Shown: piece by piece, positions 1 through 9,940 of the stretch
How the letters are laid out: the number at the start of each line of letters is the position of its first letter
How positions within the stretch are numbered: position 1 is the first letter of the stretch
Assembly (NCBI GenBank): GCA_963666835.2
Contig: CAXXGO010000005.1
Span: 192,001-256,000 of the forward strand
Direction: 5' to 3'
Length of the DNA: 64,000 bases
Origin: Phycisphaerae bacterium
GTDB taxonomy: Bacteria; Planctomycetota; Phycisphaerae; UBA1845
Notes under the pieces: model-generated
Database searches by the model: none
The model's input: only the letters and a program-made list of their open reading frames with translations
What the model was told of the DNA's origin: nothing
Position numbers and translations under genes: made by a program

Positions 1-3000
1 GCTCTACCACGGGAAGAATATAGGCAGGCTCATACACCTCCTGGAGCTGAGATGTGTCAGGAAGCAATAGGAAACCGTTTGGAGGTGCGCCCACGCCAAT
101 GATACTGCCGACGACGCCGGCGGTGAAGAGGGCCTCGTTGCCCAAGTCGTCGTCGCTAGCCACGAAGTTTCCTGAACTGGGGCGCGCTCCCCAAGTGGCC
201 TCCTTGATATCCGTACGAATTGGGTCGGCCCCGGCCGAGGACTCGTGGTCGATGATCCTGCTGATCAGATCAGGGAATCCCGCAGCTTGGATGCGTATGT
301 ACCCATTCTCGAGATCGTCGTAGAAGGGCTGATCCGATATGTCGACCCAGAGTTGGTTGCCTATGAAACGCGGCTCGTTCCATTGCCCGGTAACAGTGTT
401 CTCGGCGAATGTGGGGCGGGCCATGCTGTCGGTCTCGGCGTGCAACTTCCGCCAGACCGTCAACATTTCGCTCCAGACCACCGGGGTTTTGTAGCCGGAC
501 CAATCCCTGCCGAGGGTGTTGATTGCGTCCGCGTCCGCCTGATCCACCTGCTTCACGTGGACCGGACCGTCCGTGAGCACTCCGTCCAGGCAGGTCGCGG
601 CCGCCCGGAAGTTGTCGCCCGGTTGTCGCGAAACCGTAAACGTCATTCGAGCCCGCCCGCTGGAGTCTGTCGTGGCAGAGCCGGTCTTATTACCCGATGC
701 ACCTCGATTGTCGCAGCCAATGGCATCGTTGTCGATCACGTCAACGTCCGGCATGTTCGGATGAGACTCATTGAACGGATCGTCCACGTCCCAGATCCGG
801 AAGTTGACGCCTACCCCGGAGATCGGCGGCTCGATGATGGCCTCCAACGCTACACTCCGCCGGGCGTTCGTGAACAGATCGTCCTTGTCCAACTTGCCCG
901 GGAAGATGCGCTTGCCGCCGTTGTTCCGACACTTGTCCAGCGGCAGATTGTCGCCTGCCCCCTGAACCTCGGATTCCCTCGCCGTGTCCCATCTTAATGA
1001 CGACACCTTCACCACCGGGATCGGTTCAGATCGCCCGTAACAATGCACCGGAGGATCGTGTACCGGGTTACAGAGCCGGTAATCGCACACAAGCACGCCA
1101 CAGGCCGTAGAAGCCACAATACCCTCGGCGAAGGCCGTAGTCGGCACCGGCCAATCGGAACCGCCGGGCCATCGCGAGGACTTGTTTGCCTGCTTGTACA
1201 TGTTCACGCCCTCCGCGAGAATGTGGATATGAACACCGTCCGAAGGCGGATCGGGGCAGTGATCTCCTTCTTCCGTCGGACAGCCGGCCGTGTATACGTG
1301 AAGCTCCCGAAGATCGTCCTCGTTGTTGACGGGACCGAACTCTTCACAGTCCGGCACGCCGTTGCGATTGTCGTCGTCATTATTGACGTGCAGAAACGGG
1401 GGGAGGTCGCGGAAGAGCTCACAACCGTTCGGACCACAACCCGTCTCCGGATCTTCCGGCGGCCAGCGCTCCGTGTAGAAGCACTCCTCATACTCATCGC
1501 CACAGGACACGTCCGTGCACGGATCCGGTCTCTCGCAGCAGAAGGTCTCCCAGTCGTCATCCTCGTCGGGTTCACAACATACGCCGTTACAGCAGTCTTC
1601 GTTGCAGCATTCACTGTCCGTCGGACAGCACTCGCCCTCGCAGCATTCTCCGTTCTTGGGGCAGCAATAGTAATCGGGCTGTCCGCCTTGGTCTCGCTCG
1701 CAGCATTGCTCCCCCGGAAAACAGTACGAATCGCCGCAGCAAACGACCCAGTAAGGACGGCAAATCGTCCCGCCATCCGGCAGGTCACAGCACTGTCCGT
1801 CGCAGCACTCGTCGTCGCAGCAGTCCCAGCCGGGCTCGCAACACTCCCCATCACAGCAACGTTCGTTAGGCTCGCAGCATTCATCAACACAGCATTCCTG
1901 GTGAAGTCCGCAGCACCCGCCCGGACAGCACCGCTCCCGCTCACAACACGACTGGCGAGCGCAGCAGATAGTCCCGAGGCGACAACTACCCTCGATACAG
2001 CCCGGAGTGTAGCAGTCTGTAAGATCGTCGAAACCGGGCGGAAGATTCGGCGTCCCACCACCGATGCCAACGGGAAGGCAGTCAATATACGGAGCATCGT
2101 TCGGGATCAGTATGACTTCCCGGGTCGGATCGGGCTGACCGGATGAGTCGAACGCCAGCAGGTACTCAATCATCTCCACGCTGGCTCGTTCCCACGTGGT
2201 GGCGTCTTCGTCTTGCGACCAGGCCGCGTCTATCGCGTTGGAGACCACCGCGACCTCGGCGGCCAGGCTCTGCGCGTCGATTCCGAGATCGCGCTCGAGG
2301 TTTACGACCGCATGGCCGACGTCCAACAGATCGAAAATCGGGCGTTCGAACACGAAGAGCCGATGGCTCTCGAAATCGTGCCAGAGCGCGACGTACGTGC
2401 CGCTCGTCCCGTCGACCGCCTCGGGGCCGGATGCTGCGTCAACGTCATCTTGGTCGGCCGGTCGTTGCTCGGGTTCGAAAGCGACTGACTCGTCGGCCCA
2501 TCTTTCGGATTCCGCAACGCTCGGCTCGGCAGGCCATTCCTCATCCTCCCAAGCAGTCGGATCACTGGCCCACTCCTCGGAATCCGTAGCGGTCGGTTCG
2601 TCGGCCCATTCCTCCGATTCTAACGCAGTCGCGTCATCGGGGTCTTGCCATTGACCCGCGTACTCCGGCGGCGCGCCCGGGTAGTCGAGCGGATCCGCAG
2701 ATCCGTGCGGGCCCGGGTCGTCAAGCTCCTGCCACTGATCCGCATACTCCGCCGGTGGGCCGGGATTCTCCGCGGTGCCGCCGCCGTCGTGGATCAAGAG
2801 GATTCCGACGTCGGTAACCACCCGAATCCGCAGCACACCCCGCACGGGCTCGTCCGGGTCGGGGCCGTCCCGCGGATCGACCACCGCAACGTACGGCTCT
2901 TCCCCGGTAAGCTCGGGGCCTTCCGACGTGCGGGCCTCGACCTGCGGGAAGAACGCCAGCGCGATCAGCATCCCCAACCCCACGGCCAGGGCTATCCCGC

Positions 3001-3166
3001 CTGCAATAGGTCGGAGTACCCCCCACGGTCGCCCAGTCAAACGCGGAGGCCGCGCAGACTGCCCATGCTCGAAAGAGCCCGCAAGCCCCGGTCGCCCCCG
3101 CGAGCACGGAGGCCGCGGCACGCGCCTCAGGCGGCTTCGATCTCGTCCGTGATACGTCCTTTTCAT
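1..3166 (-). CDS. Large membrane-anchored/secreted cysteine-rich protein (Cys-Cys doublet repeats); 3' end lies beyond the left edge
   Basis: Hand translation from ATG at 3166 (GGAGA RBS upstream) appears open to the edge. It has a hydrophobic segment (GGIALAVGLGMLIALAFF), acidic EEW repeats and 20 CC pairs. The + strand ORFs 245, 1043, 2213 and 2645 are its antisense shadows. Confidence 0.85.
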   Translation of the reverse strand, partial: MKRTYHGRDRSRLRRVPRPPCSRGRPGLAGSFEHGQSARPPRLTGRPWGVLRPIAGGIALAVGLGMLIALAFFPQVEARTSEGPELTGEEPYVAVVDPRDGPDPDEPVRGVLRIRVVTDVGILLIHDGGGTAENPGPPAEYADQWQELDDPGPHGSADPLDYPGAPPEYAGQWQDPDDATALESEEWADEPTATDSEEWASDPTAWEDEEWPAEPSVAESERWADESVAFEPEQRPADQDDVDAASGPEAVDGTSGTYVALWHDFESHRLFVFERPIFDLLDVGHAVVNLERDLGIDAQSLAAEVAVVSNAIDAAWSQDEDATTWERASVEMIEYLLAFDSSGQPDPTREVILIPNDAPYIDCLPVGIGGGTPNLPPGFDDLTDCYTPGCIEGSCRLGTICCARQSCCERERCCPGGCCGLHQECCVDECCEPNERCCDGECCEPGWDCCDDECCDGQCCDLPDGGTICRPYWVVCCGDSYCFPGEQCCERDQGGQPDYYCCPKNGECCEGECCPTDSECCNEDCCNGVCCEPDEDDDWETFCCERPDPCTDVSCGDEYEECFYTERWPPEDPETGCGPNGCELFRDLPPFLHVNNDDDNRNGVPDCEEFGPVNNEDDLRELHVYTAGCPTEEGDHCPDPPSDGVHIHILAEGVNMYKQANKSSRWPGGSDWPVPTTAFAEGIVASTACGVLVCDYRLCNPVHDPPVHCYGRSEPIPVVKVSSLRWDTARESEVQGAGDNLPLDKCRNNGGKRIFPGKLDKDDLFTNARRSVALEAIIEPPISGVGVNFRIWDVDDPFNESHPNMPDVDVIDNDAIGCDNRGASGNKTGSATTDSSGRARMTFTVSRQPGDNFRAAATCLDGVLTDGPVHVKQVDQADADAINTLGRDWSGYKTPVVWSEMLTVWRKLHAETDSMARPTFAENTVTGQWNEPRFIGNQLWVDISDQPFYDDLENGYIRIQAAGFPDLISRIIDHESSAGADPIRTDIKEATWGARPSSGNFVASDDDLGNEALFTAGVVGSIIGVGAPPNGFLLLPDTSQLQEVYEPAYILPVVE

Positions 3167-3313
3167 GATTCTGAGTCTCCGAAAGTGAGTCCGGCCCGCG
3201 ATCGAGTGAGCGCGAACCTCAAGCCCAAAGACCGCCGAATCCCGGGGAGGCAGTCGACGTGAATACTGCGAACCGACCCATGGGACGCTCGCTTCAAACG
3301 TCCTCATATTCTG

Positions 3314-3342
3314 ATCCTATCACACTGGAATTGTTGAATCAA
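3314..3342 (-). promoter_or_regulatory. Putative sigma70 promoter for the Cys-rich gene
   Basis: TTGATT-17 nt-TAGGAT on the minus strand, ~150 nt upstream of the ATG. Confidence 0.4.
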
Positions 3343-3606
3343 GCAAAACCAACATCTTCCCGGAGGATTTCTCACCCGGTCGGCGGCCAGCCTGCTCTCC
3401 CGGGAAAACCCTCGTTGTGGACTGGTGCGGGGGTGTCTAGGATCGAATTGTGCGTGGCGAGTTCACTGGGTGGGCGTAACAAGTCGAAGGGGAATATAGG
3501 GACTGGGGTCGCGGGGCGGCTCTAAGGTCCGGTTGTTGTCCCGACCGCCGTCGGGGGCGACGCAATTCACCCGCGGTGGCGGCTCATTCCATGCAGGAGG
3601 AAGTCG

Positions 3607-4062
3607 ATGACTACGGCTCAAATTGTTCTCGATGAGAAGGGCAGCGAGGTTACTTCAATCGACCGAAATGCGATGGTCGGAGAGGCCGCGGAGGCGATGG
3701 CGGAACAGGGGATCGGGGCGCTGGTGGTCACGGACGGCGACCAGGCCGTGGGGATCTTTACCGAACGCGACGTAGTCAATCGCGTGGTGGCGGCTCGGCG
3801 CGATCCCGCTACGACGAGAGTAGGGGATGTCATGACCGCGCAGGTTGCATGCTGTCGCAGGGATACGTTGTTGACCGAGTGCGAGGCGGTAATGGCCGAC
3901 CGGTGTATTCGGCACCTGCCCGTGGTGGAGGACGGCCGTCTCTTCGGGTTGATTTCGTCGCGGGATATTATGGCCAACGAGGTGGCTGAAGCGCAGGGGA
4001 CGATTGACTATCTCGAGAGCACGATCGACGACATGAACGCGTATATGTACACGAAGACGTGA
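3607..4062 (+). CDS. CBS domain-pair protein
   Basis: GIGALVV, GIFTERD, IRHLPVV and GLISSRD motifs; GGAGG RBS. Confidence 0.93.
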   Translation: MTTAQIVLDEKGSEVTSIDRNAMVGEAAEAMAEQGIGALVVTDGDQAVGIFTERDVVNRVVAARRDPATTRVGDVMTAQVACCRRDTLLTECEAVMADRCIRHLPVVEDGRLFGLISSRDIMANEVAEAQGTIDYLESTIDDMNAYMYTKT

Positions 4063-4511
4063 CGGTCGCGCGGCCGGTAGGGCGGCGGCGTGTGACGGGT
4101 TGGGTATGTTGAATTCGGATCTCGGCTTCTGACTGAATGCGCGCGATCCGGATGTATCGAAATCGGCGGGACCGGAGTGTGTTTCCGAAGAGGCGGCAGG
4201 TGTGGAGCGAGGCACGCGGCCGTAATCCTCTTGGACGGAGATGCGTTCCGGTCCCGCTCTGCATTGTAGCCGGAGAGCGTCCGAAGCATACGCCGGGGAA
4301 TCCACTCTCCGGGGATTGCGGAGGGGCTCGGCGACGTTCGTCACTCTGGTGGAATAGACCCCGGTCGGAACACCCCCTTGGTAAGGGGGAAGGGAAGCTG
4401 AACGATCTTCCCGGAAGCGGCAGAAGTGTTCGGTCAACCATGAGCCTGTGGGTTCGTGTGCCAACGCTATCGAGCAGTGATCGACGATTCCGGCATGTTC
4501 GAAGCAGTCTC

Positions 4512-4537
4512 GCACTGCTCAAGAGCAGTGGCGCACC
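4512..4537. repeat. REP-like palindrome family A (GCACTGCTCAAGAGCAGTGGCGCAC)
   Basis: Hairpin CACTGCT...AGCAGTG; near-identical copies at 6140-6165 and 36117-36141. Confidence 0.8.
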
Positions 4538-4685
4538 TGCAAAGTGGGGTGTCGTGTGGTGCACTGGTGTTGCCGGGGGCGACCGCCCGGATACGATACG
4601 GTCCTCGACGGTGCGGATGGTCGCGCCACGTAAGGCGATGGACGGACGTCAGGCAAGGCGTTTCGGGGGTAGAGAATCGGTTCAG

Positions 4686-6053
4686 ATGAACAAGCCACCC
4701 AGTTACTACAGCACGAATCGTGAAGCCGCAGTGGTTTCGTTCCGTGAAGCATTGCTTCAGGGGCAAGCCCCCGATCGCGGCCTGTACATGCCGGACCATA
4801 TGCCCTGCTTGGAGATGGCGGACCTGCTGGACCTGGCTGACAGGAGTTATCCGCAGATTGCCCACCGCGTGCTGAGACAGTTCACGGCCGGGGCGATTGA
4901 CGACGACGCCCTGGCGGCGCTGTGCGAAGATGCCTACAGCTTCGCGGTGCCGCTGGAACGAGTGACGGGTCGGCGTCACGTTATGCGGTTGGATCGTGGG
5001 CCGACGGCTTCTTTCAAGGACTTTGCGGCGCGGATGATGGCGCGGTGGATGGGCGAGTTCGTCGCTGCGGGGGACGCCGAGCTGGTGATTCTAACGGCGA
5101 CTTCGGGGGATACGGGCAGCGCGGTGGCGCATGCTTACCACAGGGTGAAGGGTGTTCGAGTTCTGGTGCTGTTCCCGATCGACGAGGTATCGGATCGGCA
5201 ACGCAAGCAGATGACGACTCTGGGCGGCAACGTTACGACCGTCGCGATCGATGGCAAGTTCGACGACTGCCAGGCGATGGTCAAACAGGCGTTTTCTGAT
5301 CCTGATCTTGCGGGCATTCGTTTGACTTCGGCCAACTCGATCAACATCGGCCGGTTGCTGCCGCAGAGCGTTTACTACGTGTACGCGTACGTCAAGACGG
5401 CGGACGTCGGTGCGGGCGAACCAATTGTTGTTTGTGTGCCGTCGGGCAACTTCGGGAACATGATGGGGGCGGTGTTGGCACGGCGCATGGGGCTGCCGGT
5501 TGAGCGACTGGTGATCGCGACGAACGCCAATGACGAAGTGCCGGAGTTCATGCGTACGGGCCGTTATGAGAAGATCGTTCCGTCGCGCGTGTGTATCTCG
5601 AACGCGATGAACGTGGGGCATCCTTCGAATCTTGCGCGGCTCGTTGATGTCTATGGTGGGCGGATGGACGAGGTCGGAGTTCTTCATGAGATGCCGGATC
5701 TCGACAGGCTGCGCCGCGATCTGCACACGGTGAGCATCACCGACGACGAGACCCGGGCGACCATCGAGAGGGCGTATCAACACTACGAGGTCATGTTGGA
5801 GCCGCACGGGGCAGTCGGCTGGGCGGGTCTGGATAGGTACTTCCGCGACGATCCCGGGCAGGCCGATGGTCTGTCCGTTTCGATCGAAACGGCCCACCCG
5901 GCCAAGTTCCCCGAGGAGATCAGAGCGATTCTGGGGGTAGACCCGCAGGTGCCCCCGGCGCTCACCGGGCTGGAGGAGCGGCCTGAGACGTACGACTCGA
6001 TGTCCACCGACTACGAGCCTTTCCGGGGTTTCCTGCTGAAGAACTACCGCTAG
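4686..6053 (+). CDS. thrC: Threonine synthase
   Basis: YYSTN N-terminus, APDRGLYMP, GPTASFKDF (PLP Lys), ATSGDTG, SANSINIGRL, VPSGNFGN, ETAHPAKF. Start reassigned from 4137 to MNKPP. Confidence 0.96.
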   Translation: MNKPPSYYSTNREAAVVSFREALLQGQAPDRGLYMPDHMPCLEMADLLDLADRSYPQIAHRVLRQFTAGAIDDDALAALCEDAYSFAVPLERVTGRRHVMRLDRGPTASFKDFAARMMARWMGEFVAAGDAELVILTATSGDTGSAVAHAYHRVKGVRVLVLFPIDEVSDRQRKQMTTLGGNVTTVAIDGKFDDCQAMVKQAFSDPDLAGIRLTSANSINIGRLLPQSVYYVYAYVKTADVGAGEPIVVCVPSGNFGNMMGAVLARRMGLPVERLVIATNANDEVPEFMRTGRYEKIVPSRVCISNAMNVGHPSNLARLVDVYGGRMDEVGVLHEMPDLDRLRRDLHTVSITDDETRATIERAYQHYEVMLEPHGAVGWAGLDRYFRDDPGQADGLSVSIETAHPAKFPEEIRAILGVDPQVPPALTGLEERPETYDSMSTDYEPFRGFLLKNYR

Positions 6054-6139
6054 CGCTTTGTCACACGCAGAGGTTCGGGTTCAATCCGCACCGTGTCGCG
6101 TCCCCGCGCTGCTCCAGGGCATTGGCTGGAGTCTGGCAA

Positions 6140-6165
6140 GCACTGCTCGAGAGCAGTGGCACACC
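6140..6165. repeat. REP-like palindrome family A copy
   Basis: GCACTGCTCGAGAGCAGTGGCACACC, same orientation as the 4512 copy. Confidence 0.8.
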
Positions 6166-6356
6166 TGAGAACCCAGGTGTGACGTGCTGCTACGACGCAG
6201 ACCTGTTCCGGGGCAGTCTCCGTGTTTGCACGACATTCTGTGTGGGGGTCCGGCGGTTCCTTCTTACTATAAACAGCCCCCTGGGCGACCGATAAACCAG
6301 AGTGCTTAGGCTGCAGGTGCGTATTCTGCGGTGGTTTTCCATCGACGGGTTCTCGT

Positions 6357-8078
6357 ATGGGCGGATTGCCTGGACAGGTCAACGAATCGCCACCCCGGGG
6401 GCGGATTACGCGGGACGCGCTGCAACTTCGGGGAGAGGACGATTGCCACGCCAATGACACGTCAGCTGCGGGGCACGGCGTGCTTGGAGTGCTGGTCGTT
6501 GTCGGAGTGGCTGCGGTTCTTGTCGAGGGATTCGTGTTCTCGGCGTCTCGCCTGTGGTTCATGCCCGATTCGGCTTGGTATATCTCGTTGGCGACCGGGC
6601 TGGCAGAACGTTGGGACTTCAGTCAGAATCTCTTTCAGTTCCGCACTCCGGGGTATCCGCTTTTTCTGGCGGCGCTCTTTCTTCTGTTCGGCCACAGTGC
6701 CGGCGTAGCGCTGCTGGTCGTGCAACACGCGATGGTGGTGGGTTGTTCACTGTTGAGTGCGATGATCGCGTGGACCCTCTGGCCGCGCCGGAGTCTGGCC
6801 ATCATTACGGGGCTGTTCGGTGCAGTGGGTTTTCATCTCAGCGGTTACGCAAGTGCCGTCCTTACCGAAGTTCCGTACGCGTTCATGCTGACTGTCTGCG
6901 TGTACCTGCTGGTGCGGTATTGCGTGCAGGGTGGGTTGCGAGTGTTGCTTGCTGCTTCCGTGGTCGCCGGGCTCGCGGCTCTGATTCGCCCGATCGGGTT
7001 CCCGCTGGTTGGGATATGTGCGATCGCGGCGTTTATGCGAACCCGGTACGATGCGAGGGCGTTGCGCGGCGATGGTGAGCGAGCCGGCCTGCAGAGCAAC
7101 CTGGGCGGCCTGCGCCGTGTCGGAGTGGCGACGGCCGCGGCGATTCTACCGGCGGTACTGCTGTTGCTGCCGGTGATGATTAACAACCACCGCGCGCACG
7201 GACACTTCAAGCTGACCTGCATGAGAGGGTTCGCTTTGTACTCCCGGACCGCCTTTGTGGATCGCGTGGATTCCACCACCAGCGAGTCCGTCGAGCGAAT
7301 CCGGCAGGCCGTCGAGACCGCGCGGGATCGAGGCTGGATTAAACGGAATGCCACACATCATGACTTCTGGCCGTCCGTTCGGGCGTGTCAGCTCGTCTAC
7401 GACGCATCACTGGCGGACGTGTCCGACTTAATGCAGAACGCCGGGTTGGATCTGATGTGGGAGCACCCGTGGGAGATCCTGCGCAACACGGCCGTCCACT
7501 GTCATAGAACGTACGTAATGCCGGACGAGGCGTATCGAATGCTTCCGGGTGGAACTCCGGGGGTGGGCGATCGTTGGGCGAAGAAAGCGGAATTATACGC
7601 GGTGGATACGTTTACCAGTCCGGTGGCGCGGCGGGTGGGGAGCGACACGCTGGCGGAGTTTTTCCCCGCCAGTCAGGAACCGACGGCGACCACGCCGGCT
7701 TGGTCGGCTTTCTGCAAGTGGTATCACGCTCGAATCGAAGAAGGAACTCCGGTAACGGGGCTGCTGGACACACCCTACGAGGAGTTCGCCATGTTCTCGG
7801 TGGTGGGGATGGTCTTGGCGCTCGGACGCCGCCGCCGATTGGTTTGGCTGCTCGTCGCCGCGGTCATCATGTACCAGGTTGTCCTCGGCGCGTTCCTGGC
7901 CGGTGCCTTGCCGCGTTATACGGTGGCGTTGCATCCGTTGATGCACGTGTTCGCAGCGCTGTTTATCGTTGGAGTGTTCGACTGCGTCACGATGGTGACC
8001 CGCCTTATCAGCGGCCGGCTCCGAACGGAAGTGGAGAGCGCGCCGCGGTACGGGCGGACTATGGAGCAGGGACGGTGA
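6357..8078 (+). CDS. Multi-pass membrane glycosyltransferase, GT-C fold (ArnT/PMT_2-like)
   Basis: PDSAWY after the first TM helix, RTPGYPLFL, LTE, ALIRP, terminal PRY motif and many TM segments. Start uncertain. Confidence 0.75.
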   Translation: MGGLPGQVNESPPRGRITRDALQLRGEDDCHANDTSAAGHGVLGVLVVVGVAAVLVEGFVFSASRLWFMPDSAWYISLATGLAERWDFSQNLFQFRTPGYPLFLAALFLLFGHSAGVALLVVQHAMVVGCSLLSAMIAWTLWPRRSLAIITGLFGAVGFHLSGYASAVLTEVPYAFMLTVCVYLLVRYCVQGGLRVLLAASVVAGLAALIRPIGFPLVGICAIAAFMRTRYDARALRGDGERAGLQSNLGGLRRVGVATAAAILPAVLLLLPVMINNHRAHGHFKLTCMRGFALYSRTAFVDRVDSTTSESVERIRQAVETARDRGWIKRNATHHDFWPSVRACQLVYDASLADVSDLMQNAGLDLMWEHPWEILRNTAVHCHRTYVMPDEAYRMLPGGTPGVGDRWAKKAELYAVDTFTSPVARRVGSDTLAEFFPASQEPTATTPAWSAFCKWYHARIEEGTPVTGLLDTPYEEFAMFSVVGMVLALGRRRRLVWLLVAAVIMYQVVLGAFLAGALPRYTVALHPLMHVFAALFIVGVFDCVTMVTRLISGRLRTEVESAPRYGRTMEQGR

Positions 8079-8146
8079 ATCGCCTGATGAGAACGCCGGC
8101 GGTTGTCGCAGACGCACTTCGCCGGGAGATTACCTGGGAGTAACGG

Positions 8147-8959
8147 ATGACTACGGCTGTTCTACCGGTGCAGGATGTTGCCCACGAGGCGGCGGTTTTC
8201 GACGGCTTGGCCGCGCGCGGGACGCACGGGGGTCTTTCTGCTCGCGAGTACAGCCAGTTCTTTCGGATGGTCGGGCTGGTGCATTTGCCCGGCGATACGC
8301 GCATTGTGGATTTCGGCTGCGGTGACGGGCTAATGGCATGTCAACTGGCGGAGCTGGGTTTCAAGAACGTGGTCGGCGTCGACATATCGCCCGGGAACAT
8401 CGCGGTGGCTCGGAGGCGAGCGAAGCAGCGCAAGGTGGCCGTGGACTTCCACGTGGGCGATATTTCCGATCTGCCGTGGATCGGTTCACACAGTTGTGAC
8501 GTCGTGCTGTCTTCGGGGGTCGTTCATCATTTCCCAACGTTCGAGACGAAACGGTCCGCCGTGGCCGAGGCGAAGCGCGTGTTGCGTCCGGGAGGGCTGT
8601 TCGCGGGCATAGAGCCCAACCGGTGGAACCCGTATTGGTACTTGCCGATGCTAATGATGAAGTTGACCTGGTCACGGCTGCCGATCTCCTTCCATTATGT
8701 GCGCTGCCATTGCACTGAGAACGAGCAGAACCAGCTTTCGCCGCGGGAGCTGGGCAGGGTTTTTCGTACTCTTGGTATTTTACACGTGTCGTACCAAGCG
8801 TTTCCGTATATCAAGCCTCAACCGGGAGAGTATCGGTACCATAAAGGGGTGGCAGCGGCCTACCGCGGTGTTGTGGAGCGACTCTCGTCGTTCCTGCTGC
8901 CCGGGTCGTACGGGGCGAGTTACTTTGTGTTCAAGGCGGAGGTTCCCGCGCTGAATTGA
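8147..8959 (+). CDS. Class I SAM-dependent methyltransferase
   Basis: VDFGCGDG, GVDIS, VVHHF and RVLRPGG motifs. Confidence 0.92.
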   Translation: MTTAVLPVQDVAHEAAVFDGLAARGTHGGLSAREYSQFFRMVGLVHLPGDTRIVDFGCGDGLMACQLAELGFKNVVGVDISPGNIAVARRRAKQRKVAVDFHVGDISDLPWIGSHSCDVVLSSGVVHHFPTFETKRSAVAEAKRVLRPGGLFAGIEPNRWNPYWYLPMLMMKLTWSRLPISFHYVRCHCTENEQNQLSPRELGRVFRTLGILHVSYQAFPYIKPQPGEYRYHKGVAAAYRGVVERLSSFLLPGSYGASYFVFKAEVPALN

Positions 8960-8986
8960 CGCGGGCAGGTGGGGTGGAGACCACGG

Positions 8987-9715
8987 ATGCAGGTTCTTGA
9001 AACTGACGATGAGTCCGAGACGCTTGCCGGGCAAGCTGGCGCCCGAGACGCCCTTCCGCGTTTCTCTCGATCGGTAGCAGGGGATGCCGAGTGCGCAGGG
9101 ACTGCGGTTACATACCGGGAGTTGACGGATTCGGTCGGTGATCGGGCGAAGCGAGAGCGAGTCGCCGAGCTTCACACCGCGATGTTTCGTCGTGGTCTGG
9201 GGGGATCCTTGGGGATCGAGTTCGCGCGGGCGTTCTATGACGATGTTATTGGCTGCCCCGATTGCTTCTTGATTGTCGCCGAGATTGACGGAACCCTGGC
9301 GGGGTACATCTCTGGGGCGTTTGACAACCGAGTATTCCCCACCAGCGTCTTCCGGAAACGGATTCGGCGGTTGATCCTCCGGCGGATGCTGACTTTCCGG
9401 CTGAGCTACACCGGGCTGTGGCGTGCCATACGCAACCACCGTCTCGGGCGTAGTGCCGAAGGCATGGCCGAGCTTCTGTCGATTCAAGTATGCTCCGATT
9501 TCGGCGGAAAGGGCATCGGGCGCGGGCTGGTCGCCCGGATGGAGGAGCGTTTTCGCAATCGGGCGGTGCCTGCGTTCTGTGTCTATACGGATGACTGCGA
9601 GGGGATCAGATTCTACGAGCGTATCGGCATGCGGCCGATCTTTAAGACCGAGTGGTGCGGCGTGCCGTCGGCCTGTTACGTGAAGGAGCTTTCTTCAATC
9701 CCGTCGTCGCAGTGA
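8987..9715 (+). CDS. GNAT family N-acetyltransferase
   Basis: LLSIQV..FGGKGIGRGL acetyl-CoA motif and FYERIG. Start uncertain. Confidence 0.82.
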   Translation: MQVLETDDESETLAGQAGARDALPRFSRSVAGDAECAGTAVTYRELTDSVGDRAKRERVAELHTAMFRRGLGGSLGIEFARAFYDDVIGCPDCFLIVAEIDGTLAGYISGAFDNRVFPTSVFRKRIRRLILRRMLTFRLSYTGLWRAIRNHRLGRSAEGMAELLSIQVCSDFGGKGIGRGLVARMEERFRNRAVPAFCVYTDDCEGIRFYERIGMRPIFKTEWCGVPSACYVKELSSIPSSQ

Positions 9716-9770
9716 CGTGCCTGTTCCTGGCGGGTGGTTTAACTTGTTGACCCATGGAGTGCCACAATAG

Positions 9771-9937
9771 CGGCATGTCTTTGCACGTCGCGCGCCATTG
9801 CGGCAGGTCTCGTGCCTCGACCGTACCCTACGGACCCGTGGGATGCGCGTGTGGTATGGGTGGAGGGACACGATGGCGGCATGTCTTCGCGCGTCGTGTG
9901 CCATTGCGGCAGGTCTCGTGCCTCGACCGTGCCCTAC
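9771..9937. repeat. Tandem pair of REP family B (GTAGGGCACGGTCGAGGCACGAGACCTGCCGC, reverse orientation)
   Basis: Cores at 9800-9831 and 9906-9937 within a ~60-bp duplicated unit (period 106), between convergent genes. Confidence 0.88.
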
Positions 9938-9940
9938 GGC

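Noticed and set aside
245..3262. Plus-strand ORFs 245-997, 1043-2146, 2213-2488 and 2645-3262, and the Ala-rich minus ORF 1204-2097
   Set aside because: They are antisense shadows or an alternative frame of the Cys-rich minus-strand gene.
4137..4685. N-terminal extension of ThrC, or a Thr-rich attenuator peptide
   Set aside because: The extension crosses a REP and looks non-proteinaceous; no Thr/Ile-codon-rich leader was seen.
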